NCBI RefSeq assembly: GCF_009914755.1 | Contig: NC_060934.1 | Origin: the human T2T-CHM13v2.0 reference genome, Homo sapiens | DNA: 64,000 nucleotides | Strand: one strand, 5' to 3' | Part shown: positions 1 to 13,325 of the stretch, in pieces | Position numbering within the stretch: position 1 is the first letter of the stretch | Layout of the letters: each line of letters opens with the position of its first letter | Notes under the pieces: generated by a model | Seen by the model: the letters and a program-made list of their open reading frames with translations, nothing else | The model's database searches: none | What the model was told of the DNA's origin: nothing | Made by a program: the position numbers and the translations under genes

Positions 1-334
1 AATTCACTGAGATTACCCCAGTGGAATGGTATTAGGAGATGGGGCCTATGGGAAGTAATTAGGTCATGAGGGTGGGTCCCCTGTGATAGGATCAGTGCCC
101 TTATAAGAAGAGACACAAAAGGGCTTGCTAATACATGTGCACACTCACTCTCTCTCTCTCTGCTGTATGAGAATACAACAAGCAAGTGTCCATTTACAAT
201 CCAGGAAGAGGGCCCTCACCAGAAACCAGATCTGCCAGTGCCTTGATCTTGGACTTTCCAGCCTCCAGAACTGTGAGGAGTAAATGTCGATTTTAAGCCT
301 CCTAGCCTATGATATTTTAGTTCAAGCTAAGACA
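1..334 (+). mobile_element. MaLR LTR (MLT1A-like), 3' part
   Basis: Typical MLT1 motifs: TAATTAGGTCATGAGGGTGG, CCTTGATCTTGGACTTTCCAGCCTCCAGAACTGTGAG, terminal CTAAGACA. Confidence 0.8.
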
Positions 335-1287
335 TTCTCCTCATAAAGCATAGACCATAGACAAGGACATTCCCCTCTAAAGCAAGAGGGCTGTTAGAAT
401 TGCACAGAGAGGTCGAGAGCTTGGCCCAAAACTGACCAGCAAGGCACCCTGTGGCGTGGGGTGGTGGAGGCTGTGTGTGCTGTGCATCTGTGGATGGAGG
501 ACCATCTGTGAGCAGGGCTCCAGGCTGTGCATAGACAGGGAGGAGTTGTCACACTTCACTCCACTGAACTGCTCGTCACACATGCCTGAGTCGATGGCTC
601 AGAAAACCAACCCAGAAAGAAGAGCAAGAGGAATCAATTCCAATTTGTTAGAGCCTTCTGGGTGTGATAAAGCCAACCCCTGCCATCTCCACTGTCTTCC
701 TGTTTCCCCTTCTCTAAGAAGTGAAAGCACCATTCAATTAAGGTAATTAAATTCACCCGAAGATCTTGGGCTCAAAAACCACACTACCGGCAAGTGGTCA
801 AACCCAGCAACAAAGCAAACCCCAGTGGCTTCCTGTGGAAAGATGGGCAGGGATGAGGAGGAAAATGGAACATATCTTCAGCAGCTCAGGGGTGCACCTT
901 GGGCCTGCAGGGGAGCCCCCAGCTCTGCAGAGCCCAGCTGCCTGAGCCTCCCGCAGCACCAGAGCCCTCCCCAAACAGGAAGGACTCATGTTTACAGGCT
1001 GAATCAAAAGTTTCACTTCTGTGGATGTCTGGGAGAACTCAGCTGAGAAGATCCTTATTACATGACGTGAAAGTGAAATGAAACCCTCGTTTTCTCCCCC
1101 AGAGACACCAATTCTCCCATGAACTCCAGCCCATGAGCCATAAGCGGGGCTGGCAACACCTCCCAGGACACGCCTAAGGAAGCCTGAATCCACAGGCCAG
1201 AGGTTCAGGGTTTCCTCCTGGAGAAAGCAGAAGGTGGTAAGGTGGTGAGCCCAGGCTGACTCGTCCCCAGTTCTTCCCTGTCTTTAC

Positions 1288-1420
1288 ATGCTGTGTGGCA
1301 CTGAGCAACATCCTGCACCTCTCTGTGCCTTTGTTTCTCAACCTAGGAGATGGTGACAAGGCCACTCAACCTGCCTCAGAGGAGTCATGAGAATCAAACA
1401 AGATCACGGATGCTGAAATG
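1288..1420 (+). mobile_element. MIR SINE fragment
   Basis: MIR core-like GCTGTGTGGCACTGAGCAA...CCTCTCTGTGCCTTTGTTTCTCA...GAGAATCAAA. Confidence 0.6.
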
Positions 1421-1548
1421 TGTCATGAACTACAGGGTGATGCATACACATGAGCCGTGACTGTCACTGTGTCATCCCAGTATTGACTCACTGCATTGGC
1501 TTCCTCTGATTGTGATCCACTTTGAGTGCTAAAAGTTGGTGAGACCCT

Positions 1549-1568
1549 CAGGTAGCCAGATGATGATG

Positions 1569-1600
<32 letters not shown>

Positions 1601-1793
1601 GATGAAGAAGAAGAAGAGGAGGAAGTCGTCGTCCAGTGGAATTTGAATTTCAGATAATGAATAATTTTGTTAGTATGAGTGTATCCCACATATTGCGTGG
1701 GATACACTTACACTAAAAAAGTATTTATTGTTTATTTGAAATTCACATTTCACTCAGTGTCCTGTATTTTTAATTTGCTCAATCTAGCAGCCC
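1549..1793. mobile_element. MER53 (hAT-type palindromic MITE) with a trinucleotide repeat inside its left arm
   Basis: Left end AGGTAGCCAGAT, body AATTTGAATTTCAGATAA...TAGTATGAGTGTATCCCAC-ATATTGC-GTGGGATACACTTACACTA...TTTGAAATTCACATTT, right end AATCTAGCAGCCC. Matches the remembered MER53 consensus. Confidence 0.85.
1559..1633 (+). repeat. Compound trinucleotide microsatellite (GAT)n(GAA)n(GAG)n(GTC)n
   Basis: Read directly from the sequence. Confidence 0.95.
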
Positions 1794-3764
1794 GACCATG
1801 CCAGACCACCAACTGTTCCCTCTGTGCAGTGTCCCCAGGACCACCAAGACCCGGCCCCAAGCCCACTCTGTCACTCACCAGCTGTGAGACATGGAATATC
1901 TGGGTCCTCCCTCTGAGGGCACTTTGTCTCTCCTCATGGGTGATTGTGGTCCCTGAGTTGGGACCTCCAGCGTCACCCAGTGGGGCTCTGGTCCTGTGGA
2001 CCTGACAAGCTCCTCAGTTATGTGGGGGACACCTGCAATAGGGCTTGGCATGTAGGAGTTGTGAGTCTTCTCCCCTACACTTCCCGTCCTTACAACCTGG
2101 GACACATGAAGGTCTGGGATAGATCAGCGGAAGTTGGACTGCATGACCTTCTCAGGCCTGGGTTGGCTGCCAGCCAGGAGCCCCGAGGAAGACAAGGGCA
2201 ACATGGACCTCTGTCCCTTTGCACACTGCAGTAAACCTCTGTCATCACATCCCAGGGTCCAAGAAGTACACTCAACAACCAGAGCTGAAAACATTTCCCA
2301 GTGAGCAGGGTGCACCAGGCACCCTGTAGGTAAAAGATGAACCAAGCCAGGGACCTCACACCAAGGATCTCAAAGTCTAGTGGGAGAGATAGATTCACCG
2401 CAGTGCAGGAAGAATAAAGCAATGTAAGTGATAAAAAGGGAAGAAAAGATTCTACGAGGAACAGAACAGAGGAGGAAGTTGTCAGCAGTTGTGGCTGAGG
2501 ACAGAAGAGACATTCCAGGAAGAGGGACTATTACTTGAGGGATCTAGTCCAGGACACATGGGTCCTGCCCCTCCCTGGCACAGGGCACCACAGGCCTGGA
2601 GGAAGGAGGGTGTGGGAGCAGGCAGAGCTCCCCTGCCAAGAGGGACTTGAGGGTCTGCATAGGCATTTGTAAAGGATTAGGAGGGGGAGAGAATTGTATC
2701 CGCAAAAAGCAGCACATCCCAGTCAATAATAACAGCATCATGAGGCATGGCATGGAAAAAAAGCATCATGTGAGAAAACATTTTGGAAGAGTTAGAATTT
2801 AGCAATGACTGTGCAAAGGGTATTTCGGTGCTTATCTCAAGGAAAAGCTGATTCATGGGGATACATGTTCAGATTGAGTTTGTTTGATGTAGTCTGATTC
2901 AAAAAGATGACCCTACAATAAGGAGAAGAAAATACACATCCTTGAGTGTAATTCTCAGGGCTCCAAGGCTACAGGGCACTACCAGTTCACCCATGCACAT
3001 ATTCACAGTGGGCATGGCAGACCCTTCGCTCTTCTCCAGGGGCTCAAATGGAGAGTCCATTTTTAAATTCCTGCCCAGGGATCCTGTTTCCCCTAGTGTG
3101 CTCTGGTGTTTTGCAGAACCTTCTCCATCTGATGCAAGTTTGGCCTGGGTCAGTGGAGGAAGTGCTGGAGGTCTGCAGAACATGGCGCTGTTGAGTCCTG
3201 CACAATTGCCTGGAGGCAGAGGGCAAAGCCAGCATTTCATCCACTGACCCTATAATTTAGATAACGCATCACTTAATGACCATTCACACTGTGGCTGTAA
3301 ACAGAGCCCCAGGTAATGTACTCAACAAAAGTTTGCTGGACGCTGGCCCTCCAGAAGGCATCAAAGCCACTCCCCAACTTAGAGCACTGAGAGCAGTGTG
3401 AGAGACCAACTGGGAAATGGTGAAGTCACGATGAAGTCTCTTTTCATCTCCCCCTGACAGAAACGCAATCCAGACATACACAGTACATGCCACGCTGCTG
3501 AGGGACAACTTCCCTGGAGCCAGCTTGTCAACAGTCTCTAAGAACAATCCCGTCCACCTGCTTCCATCTCTTACCATGGGGGGAATTTTACATATTTGAG
3601 GGGTTTTGAATCAAAAAGTAAATAAAATCCACTTGGATTCAAATTCACTAATTTGAAATTTGTGATAATTCTGTGATTATAGGATTATAATTGACTGTCA
3701 ATAAAATAAGTTCTGCTAAGCCTGTCAAAAGTGTGAGTAATATCATGACAGGTGGAAGGGTTTT

Positions 3765-4950
3765 CTCATTTATTTAACAGATATTGCTTGCACTGTGCAC
3801 TATGCTGCATGAAAAAGAAACAGACATGGACCCCGCCACCAATAAACACTCAGGCTAGCAGGAGGGACAAACATTTAACAACAAATCACCCAGTTAAATG
3901 CTTAATTATAATTATGGTAAGTGCTGCAAAATGATGGGTATAGCCCATGATAAAGGGATGTAACGGGCAGCCTTGGAATAGCCTGAAGAAGCTGCATCAT
4001 CAAAGGGACATGTGAACTGGGCTCTGAAGCACATGTTGGAGTTAACCCAGTAATGATGAAAGGATGGAAGTAAAAAAGTCCAGGCAGAGGGAACACCATG
4101 AGCAGAGGCCCTGAGGCAGGAAGTAGGGTGGCATGAAGCTGGACAAGGACCAGGTTGGTTGGAAAGCCAAGCATGAGGGGAAAGATGGAGCAAGGTGTGT
4201 TTGGAAAGAGAGGATCTGTGTTAAGGAGATTGATCTTCATTCCTTAAAACTGGAAAGCCATCGAGAGATTCTAAGCAAAATGTTGATATGAACAAGTTTG
4301 AGTGTTGAAAGCAGCCTCTTGGTGCAGGGCAGGAATGGGCTGCTGCAGTGGCCCAAGGATTTGAGAGAGCAGCTTGGTCCACACAATGACCGTGGAGATG
4401 GAGACTGGTGTGTAAGGAAGAGACCTTCAGAGATGAAACTCATGGGAACTAGGAAATGGATGTCAAAGGGAAAGGCACTGGGAGGAGGAGGAGGAGGAAG
4501 TCGAAGGTGACGTCAGGTTTCTGAGGTCCCCAGGGAGAAAGCTGGCTTGCAGAAGGCTCATGGACTCTGCTTTAAACATGTGGGTTGGAAGGGCTGTGAG
4601 ACAGGGGCACCGAGTTGCCTGGTGGGTGGGCGGAGGCTTGGACTGCAGCCAGGCAAATGGCCTGGCCTGGACGCTGCCTCAGTGCGTGGATGTTTGCGGG
4701 GACCATGGTGTGGGGACAATCGCCTGCGTGGTGACTGTAGAGTGAGAAGAGAAGAGGCTCCAGGGCTGGGAGCAGAGGAAATCCAGCAGTCAAGGAGAGG
4801 AAGAGACTAAACATCCAGACAGGGAGGGGAGAAGGAAAGGTCAAAGTGAAAGAGTATCTTAAGTAGACAATGGCCACGAGTCTAGATTGCAGCCTAGAAG
4901 TTCAGTCAGATGAGGAGCAAAAATGCCATCAGAACATCCATCAGGAAGGA
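3765..4950 (-). mobile_element. L2 LINE remnants (very diverged)
   Basis: CATTTATTTAACAGATATT resembles an L2 3' end and is followed by purine-rich L2-like sequence. Boundaries are rough. Confidence 0.5.
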
Positions 4951-6557
4951 GTGGGGGCCAGACATTAAAGGCCGAGTGAAATGGGTAAAGAAATAATGGA
5001 GGTAGAGGGGAGATATGAAGCATTTAAGAGAACAGTCTTTGAAGGCCACAGACTTAAATAGGAACTGACCAGGTCATAATTAAATATCGATGTTTATTTC
5101 TATGCATTCATGACCAGGTTCCAAGATCTTGTTTAAAACATGGCCCTGCCATGTGCACTGTATCCTCCTTCATGCTGCCTGAAGGGAACACACCTTTTCA
5201 CTGGCAAAGTGCTCTATGAGCAAGAATTTTCACCAGTTCAGAGTGGCTTCCTTCAAATGGTTCAAAGTGGTAAGCAAGAGAGTTTTTTCACTGGCATCTG
5301 GAAAATTCATGCCAGCAGCAATGTCAGTGAGTCCATGAGGCAACTGCCTAGGGGGAAAGCCCAAGCACAGGGTGAGGGGTGCCCTAACCATTCACAAAAT
5401 AAATGCCATTATGTCGTTCTGCACCTCCGTCTCATCCATGTGTGGCACCAGATGGGTTTCATCCTCATCCCTAAGTCAGATCTCAGTGGAGCTGTGGGCA
5501 GGGGAGTGGCCTTATTATTTAGAGATGCAAATGGGCTGATCTGAATTTTTTGGAAGGCCATAAGACCCAAGGCCAGGAGTCTTTCTCAACAAAATTCCTA
5601 TTATCTTTTCCCTTCTTTTCTGTGCCTCAGTTTGCCCTCCAGGAAAAAAATCAGAATAAAGATAACCCAATTCAGAGCATTACCACAAACAGTGACTGAG
5701 CTTCCATTTATTGAGTTCAGTATACAAGACTCCCTTCCTTGGTTCAAGGAACTTCCTTTCTAGTGAGGAGGGAAAGCAGCGATCATCAGTTCCTGAAACA
5801 TATGGGTCACGATGTATGAAGTGACAACAGAGCTGAGCTATGGAAAAGGTAAACCCAGTATGCTTTGGGAACACGAAGGAGGCCCATCTAAGCCAGCCTG
5901 GGGAGTCAGGGATGGGGCCTCGCCGTATGGTGGTAGACACAGAGCACCTCTGTGATTCTCCAAAGAAATAGACACCACCAATTCAAGCAATTATGATTAT
6001 TAATATTATTAATAAACTACCTTGAACTAGATTAATATCCAGGAGCTACAAGCTGGGAAAGGTCTTATGGAAACCCCAAAGGTTTGCATTTAAAATGTGC
6101 AGAGTGGATTTATTTTAATTAGTTCACTATTCATTCTGAGCATTCTGAATATCCTCCTGGGCAGCTTTTTGGTTCTTTTAGCTGTCAGAAGACTCAAGCC
6201 TCCTGCCAACAATGAATCTAACACTGTGCTGCCACTTGCTGAGTGGACTTGACTTTCACTGCTCCAGTTCTCTTTGCTGCAAAACCCAGTTCAGTGGGAA
6301 AAGGGCCTTGAGTCAGATTTTATTTGCAAAAAAATAATTCACAACTGGGTCAATCATATTAGAAAACTGAAAGGCTTAAAAGAGGTTTCTAAAAATGTCT
6401 TGGGCCATGGACAAATTAATGCATATTAGAAGGGATATAAATTGACCTTATGGTCAAATATGCCTATTTTTGGAACTTTGTTGAGCTCAAGTATGGATTG
6501 TTTTTCATTTTTGAAGGCCAACTACATCGTTGTATAACTGACATTTAAAGATACTTT

Positions 6558-6890
<333 letters not shown>

Positions 6891-6929
6891 TCAGTTGGGT
6901 TCCACTGAAATTATTTTTCTTCTTTCCAG

Positions 6930-7032
6930 ATGGGCAGTGATGACACCAAATATAAGCATAAAAAGACGTTTTAAAACTACAGATCCTGAAACCCAGCACG
7001 GCAGGCACCTGCAGCTTCCAGTGCTGTAACAG
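6930..7032 (+). other. C10orf71: Predicted internal non-coding (5'UTR) exon of C10orf71
   Basis: Seen: strong acceptor TTATTTTTCTTCTTTCCAG ending at 6929 and donor CAG|GTATGG at 7032/7033, enclosing 103 nt of unique sequence. Inference: fits my recollection of a gene with non-coding exons upstream of one coding exon; exon 1 would lie upstream of the window. Confidence 0.75.
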
Positions 7033-8186
7033 GTATGGAACTAATCTAAGAGTAGGCATCTAGAAACACCTTCTGTTTTTGGCCATTATGCTGAAAGGTA
7101 CCATGGGGGCTGGGGGTGGGGGGAGAATGAGGTCAAGTCTCTGACTTTCCATCTGACCCCAGGTATATCAAATCAGAACTGAAGAAATTATCTGAATAAA
7201 GCTAGCAACATGGGGAGGGAGTCTCTCTTTTTCCTGAGGCAGAAGTAATGTGGTTATTTTCTGAATGCTCTGAAGATCAATGAACATCCTTCACCACTGT
7301 TTAGAATGAGGATATAAACCCAGGATCAGGTAGGGTTCTTCAGCCACAAGCAACAGAAGCAGAAACTCAACAAATGAGGCAGAAATTCATATGTATTAAA
7401 AGAAAAATGGAGGTCTTGTAGCCTCAAGGTGACAGCTAAAGTTCCAGGCCAGGAAATGTCAGGGGCCAGGCATGTCCCAGAGCGTAGTGAAAGCTCCACC
7501 ACCAGCAAGGAAGCCTGAGCACACTTCCGTCCTTGTGTAGCTCCAGGAGAATTGCTACAGTCCATGGGCCTGTCCTCGGTCTCACACCTGCTCTTGGCCC
7601 TCGGGAGCCTCTGCAGGCACCTTGACTTTCAGCCCCACCAAGACTGAAAACCAAGGGGAGAGGAAATTTCCCACAAGGTATCAAGTGCTTTTTCTCAGAA
7701 GATGCAAGCTGAGTATTCAAAAAACAAATAGTGAATACCTACTAATACGAGGGTGTGTTTAATTGGGTAGAGACTGCTTGGTTGACTCTATCTAAGCTTC
7801 TAAATTTAGGTCTCCAACTAACCGATTTTCATCTTAATGAAAACTATCTTATTTTCATTCAAAGTGTAGAAACCCCCAATATTACTGAGTTCAGCCATTG
7901 CCAAGATCGGAATCCCAGCATTTAGGACATCAGGAGACTCCTCACCATTTTGACAGGATCTCAGGATACAGAAAACCTGACTCATAGTGGTCAAAGCCAC
8001 TCAGGTTCCATCAAACCCCACACCAGCCTCAATAACATAAATTCAAGTGGGATGGTGCTGCCGTGGGCTCATGGCTTAGCAGTGCTGGCCAGGACCTGGG
8101 CTCCTCACCTGTCCACACTGCCATCCTCTGCAGATTGGCCTTCAGTGGCCATTGCTTGTCTCTCAGGGCTGCAAAGTGAATTCAAT

Positions 8187-8905
<719 letters not shown>

Positions 8906-10089
8906 CAGTTTCTGGCTTCTTGTCTGCATTCAAGGCAGGAAGAAGAGCACTGACACAGCGGAGACAACAGGAATTGCTCCTTTGATTAGAAAGGCAGGAA
9001 CTTTCACAGACTGCTGGCTGCTTCCATCCCTGTGACCACAGCCATGTCCTCTGGCCATGCTAGCTGCATGGGAGTCTGAAGACCGGAGCATGTGTCTTCT
9101 ACTGGGGAAGGCGTGGGCTTAGCCAGCCCTCAGGGTCTCCCCGACCCATCACGTGGGCTGATGCTCTCCCCTTGTATGCAGCCTTCTAAAAAGCATATGC
9201 TGTCATGAGTGTGTACTTTCCAGGGAGCCAGCAGCCTGCCTTTCAAGGTAGGGCTGAGGAGCATGTGCAGAGAGGCCTTCCCAGAGCAGGTCAGTAGCTA
9301 CTCGTCAGCTCATTCAGTCCACTAGAACTCAGGTCCCATCCTTTCTCCAGCTTAGTTCTGTCTTTCACAGAAACCAGTCAGTCTGCCAATGAATCAGCTT
9401 TGCTAACTCACCAGAGTGTTGTGGTCAAGGGACGGAAACAACAGACCCCAATGAAGCCTGGCCTCCAGGATTAAAGACAAACATTACTGACAGCCCAGCA
9501 GCTTTGAGCCTATGCCAGGATGCTACCCCTAACCTCCTGGAACCTTGCAGTGAGGACACATGATCCCCACTCTACAGAAACAAAGAATGGTTGCAATCTC
9601 ACAGCACAGATACAGATGAGAGAGATGCACTGAGGCTGCTTGTGGCCAGCCCATGGTCACTCAGCAAGGGGATGTGGAGCCAGGCAGGATCTGGGGCTTC
9701 TGACATGTGGCCAGGCCTCCCTGATGGGAGTGCCTTCACCATCCATCCCCTGGAGCTCTGGCAGTGACTAAGGCCAGCCAAGCAAGGAGGGGAGAGCATA
9801 GCCTGCTCAGCTCTGCTGCTGTGAATGGGAGTTCTCTGGCAGTGTTTGATCTGCCAGCTGAACACTTAACAGCACCCTGCCAGATGTCCACTCTTCCAGA
9901 CACCCCTCACTTGCATCCACTCTGGGGTCAATACTTGCTATTTTATGTAACTTTTTATGTACCCATTCTCTTATCCCCTCCCCCAGGCCAGGCAATGTTC
10001 TAGGCAATGGGAGGTATGTGTGCCAGGGGAAGCCGTAAGTATTCCAGAAGGAAGCAGCATCCTCAGACAGGATCCACAAGAGAATGTTA

Positions 10090-10466
10090 TGTAGCACCAT
10101 GCACCCACCAGGATGGGTACTTTCAAAAAGAAAAAAAAAAAGCAGAAAATAACAAGTGTTGCAAGGATGTGGAGAAACTGGAACACTTGCACAATCTTGG
10201 TTGAAATGAAAATTGGTACAGCCACTATGGAAAACAGTCTAGAAGTTCCTTAAAAATTTAAAAATAGAACAACCATATAATCCAGCAATTCCACTTCTGG
10301 GGTTATACCCAAAAGAATTGAAAGCAGGGTCTTTGAGAGATATTTGCACACCTACATTTGTGGCAACATTTTTCACAATAGCCAAAATTTGGAAACAACC
10401 CAAGTGTTCATCAATGGAGGAATGGATAAGCAAAACGTGGTGTATATATATGTACACACACACAAG

Positions 10467-10509
<43 letters not shown>

Positions 10510-10935
10510 CACACATACATATATGTGGGTGTATATGTATATGTATATCACACACACACACACACACATATATAGTGGAATATTATTCAGCCTTGAAAAT
10601 GAAATTCTGGCACATGCTACAACACAGATAAACCTCAAGGACATTATGCTAGAGAAATAAGCCAGTCACAGAAAGATAAATACTGTATGATTGCACTTTT
10701 ATGAGCTTCCTGGAGTCATCAAATTCATAAAGACAAAAAGTCAAATGGTGGCTTCCAGGGGGGAGGGGAAATGGTAAGTTGTTGCTTAATGGGTAAAGAG
10801 TTTCAGTTTTGAAAGATGAAAGAGTCCTGGAGATTGATTGCATGAACATACGAATATACTTAACACTACTGAGTTGTATCTTAAAATTAATTCAAATGAA
10901 ATGTTTATATTATGTGTATTTTGCCACTTAAAAAA
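10090..10935 (+). mobile_element. L1M (L1MB/MA-like) 3' end
   Basis: CCATATAATCCAGCAATTCCACTTCTGGG, CACAATAGCCAAAATTTGGAAACAACC, AGTTTCAGTTTTGAAAGATGAAA. Confidence 0.85.
10441..10573. repeat. (TA)n/(CA)n compound microsatellite within the L1
   Basis: Pure (TA) run of ~19 units at 10468-10505, flanked by CA/TG runs. Confidence 0.95.
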
Positions 10936-11453
10936 GGAAAGGGCTATAACAGAGGTAACAGAGAATTAGGGAGTCCCCAGGGATGTAGAGTTGGGCACAA
11001 GGGGCATGTTGCTGGAGCCCAGTCAGAGACTGGGGGAGGGGCCATAGCTATAGAGGATTGTGGTCCCCATGTCACAAGGCAGGAGGAGTGGAGAAATGCC
11101 AGGGACACTGGCTCCCCCTCCCACCAGGCTCCTGCCAGCACCTCTACTGGCCACCCCCACAGGCTGGTCCCAGAGGTAAGGGGCCCAGGTGATGCAGACT
11201 CTGGGGAGCATATCCTCTTAGGGTGGTTCTGGGATGAGGGGCAATCAGCGAACAGACAACCCAGCAGTCCCCATATGCCTGGCACTGACAGTCTAATCAT
11301 GGGATAGGCCACAAAGATGTAAACTTAATCTTCGATCATGCTTGGTACCATGAAGAAAATAAACCATGCACAGTGAGAGAGATGAGCAAGGAGGGAACAC
11401 CCATGGAATATCAGGGAAGGACTCTGCAAAAACACCACTGAACTTCAGGCACT

Positions 11454-13098
11454 GTATGGGTCTGATTCTGCAGAAGATCAGAACCAATAGGATATGTGGC
11501 TATAGAGAGGGAGTGATTTATTTTAAGGAACTGGCTGGAGTGATTGTGAAGGCTGGCAAGTCCAAAATGGGAATAGCTGGAGACCCAGGAAGAGTTGATG
11601 ACACAGCTCCAATCCAAAGATGATCCAAAGGCGGAAGTTCCTCTTCCTCAAGGGACTGTCTTTTTTTAAGCCATTTTATTGAGGTATGATTGGCATACAA
11701 AAAGCCACACATATTTAATGTGTACAGTTTGATGAATTTGGAGATAAGTATGCACCCCATGAAGCCATCACCACAATCCATGCATAAAACTATCCATCAC
11801 CTCCAAACATTTCCTCCCACCGCTTTTATTTATTATTTGTGTATGTGTGATAAGAGCATTTAACATAATATCTATCCTCAGCAAATTTCAAGCACATAAC
11901 ACAGTATTGTTAACTACAGACACCTGCTGTACATCAGATCTCCAGAACTAATTCATCCTGCATAACTGAAACGTTACTTCCTTTGACAAATAACTCCCCC
12001 CTTCCCTGCTTCCCAGCCTCTGACAACCCCCACTCTACTCTGCTTCTATGAGTTTGACTGTCTAAGCTTCCTCAAGTAAGTGACATCAATCAGTGTTTGT
12101 CTTTCTGCGACTGGGTTGTTTCTCTTAACAAAATGTCCTCCAATTTCACCCATGTTATCATAAATTTAAAAATTTCCTGCTTCTTTAAGGTTGAATAATT
12201 CCATTGTATGCATATACCACATTTTCTTTATCCATTCATCCATCAATGGAAATTTTGTTCGCTTCTCTGTCTTGGCCACTGTGAGTAATGAACAGGTGGG
12301 TGCAGATACTTTAATATCCTAATTTCATTTCCTTTGGGCCTGTACCCAGATATGGGAATGTTGGATCATATAGTAGTTCTAGTCTTAATTTTTTGAAGAA
12401 TCTTTATACTGTTTTCCAAAGTGACTACATCAATTTACATTTCCACCAACAGTGTACAGGGGTCCCCTTTTCTCCACATCCTTACCAACACTTGTCATCT
12501 TTTCTTTCTTTGATAATAGCCATCCTAACAGGCATGATGTGATATGTCATTGTGGCTTTGATCTGCATTTCCCTGATGGTTAGTGATGGTGAGCCCCTTT
12601 TTATATACCTGTTTGCCATTTCTATGTCTTCTTTGGAGAAATATCTGTTCAGTTTCTCTACCCATTTTTAAATCAGCGGGTTTGGGGTTTTGTTTCATTT
12701 TGTTTTGTTTGTTATTCGGTTGTAGGAGTTTCTCATGTATTTTGGAATATTAACCCTTTATCAGATACACAGTTTGAAAACATTTTCTTCCATTCCATAG
12801 AATACCTTTTCATTTTTTTGATTGTTTCCCTTGCTGTGCAGAAGCTTTTGAATTGATGTAATCCCACTTGTCTATTTTTGTTTGTGTTGCTTGCGAACTC
12901 AGTCTTTTTACTCTTAGGGCCTTCAACTAATTAAATGAGGGCCACCTGCCTTATAGAAGATAAACTGCTTTACTTAAAGTCTACTGATTTTAGTGTTAAT
13001 CACATCTAAAAAATACCTTCACAGAAACAGCTAGACCGGTCTACAGTCTATACATATAGCAAGCTTGCCAAGTTTGACACATAAAATTAACCCTCACA
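11454..13098. mobile_element. MLT2 (ERVL) LTR split by an L1 insertion
   Basis: Left part CAGAACCAATAGGA...GATTTATTTTAAGGAACTGGC. Right part GGCCTTCAACTAATTAAATGAGG...TTGACACATAAAATTAACCCTCACA, ending 84 nt before the C10orf71 terminal-exon acceptor. Confidence 0.75.
11662..12895 (-). mobile_element. L1M (L1MB/MA-like) 3' fragment, antisense
   Basis: TTTATTGAGGTATGATTG, CATTTCCACCAACAGTGTACAGGG, TGCAGAAGCTTTT are reverse-complement L1 3' sequences. Confidence 0.85.
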
Positions 13099-13325
13099 GG
13101 CACCATTTTCCACCTGAACCAGCACATATTCTTGTGTAGAGCTGTATACTTTGTTCACGCCCTGCACCTTTTTCTTTTGCAGAGAAAAAAAAAATCCCCA
13201 CTTTGCAATTGCATCTGGTCAATGAGAGGCTCTAGTTTTGGGGAAGAGGGAAACACCTAACCTTGACAGAATCATCACCAGAGACACCTGCCGGCTGACA
13301 AGGACAGCTTTCTTGGAGCCAACAG

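Noticed and set aside
1423-2005. Poly-Ser ORF and two opposite ORFs both starting MYPT
   Set aside because: Artefacts of the (GAT)n repeat and the MER53 palindrome.
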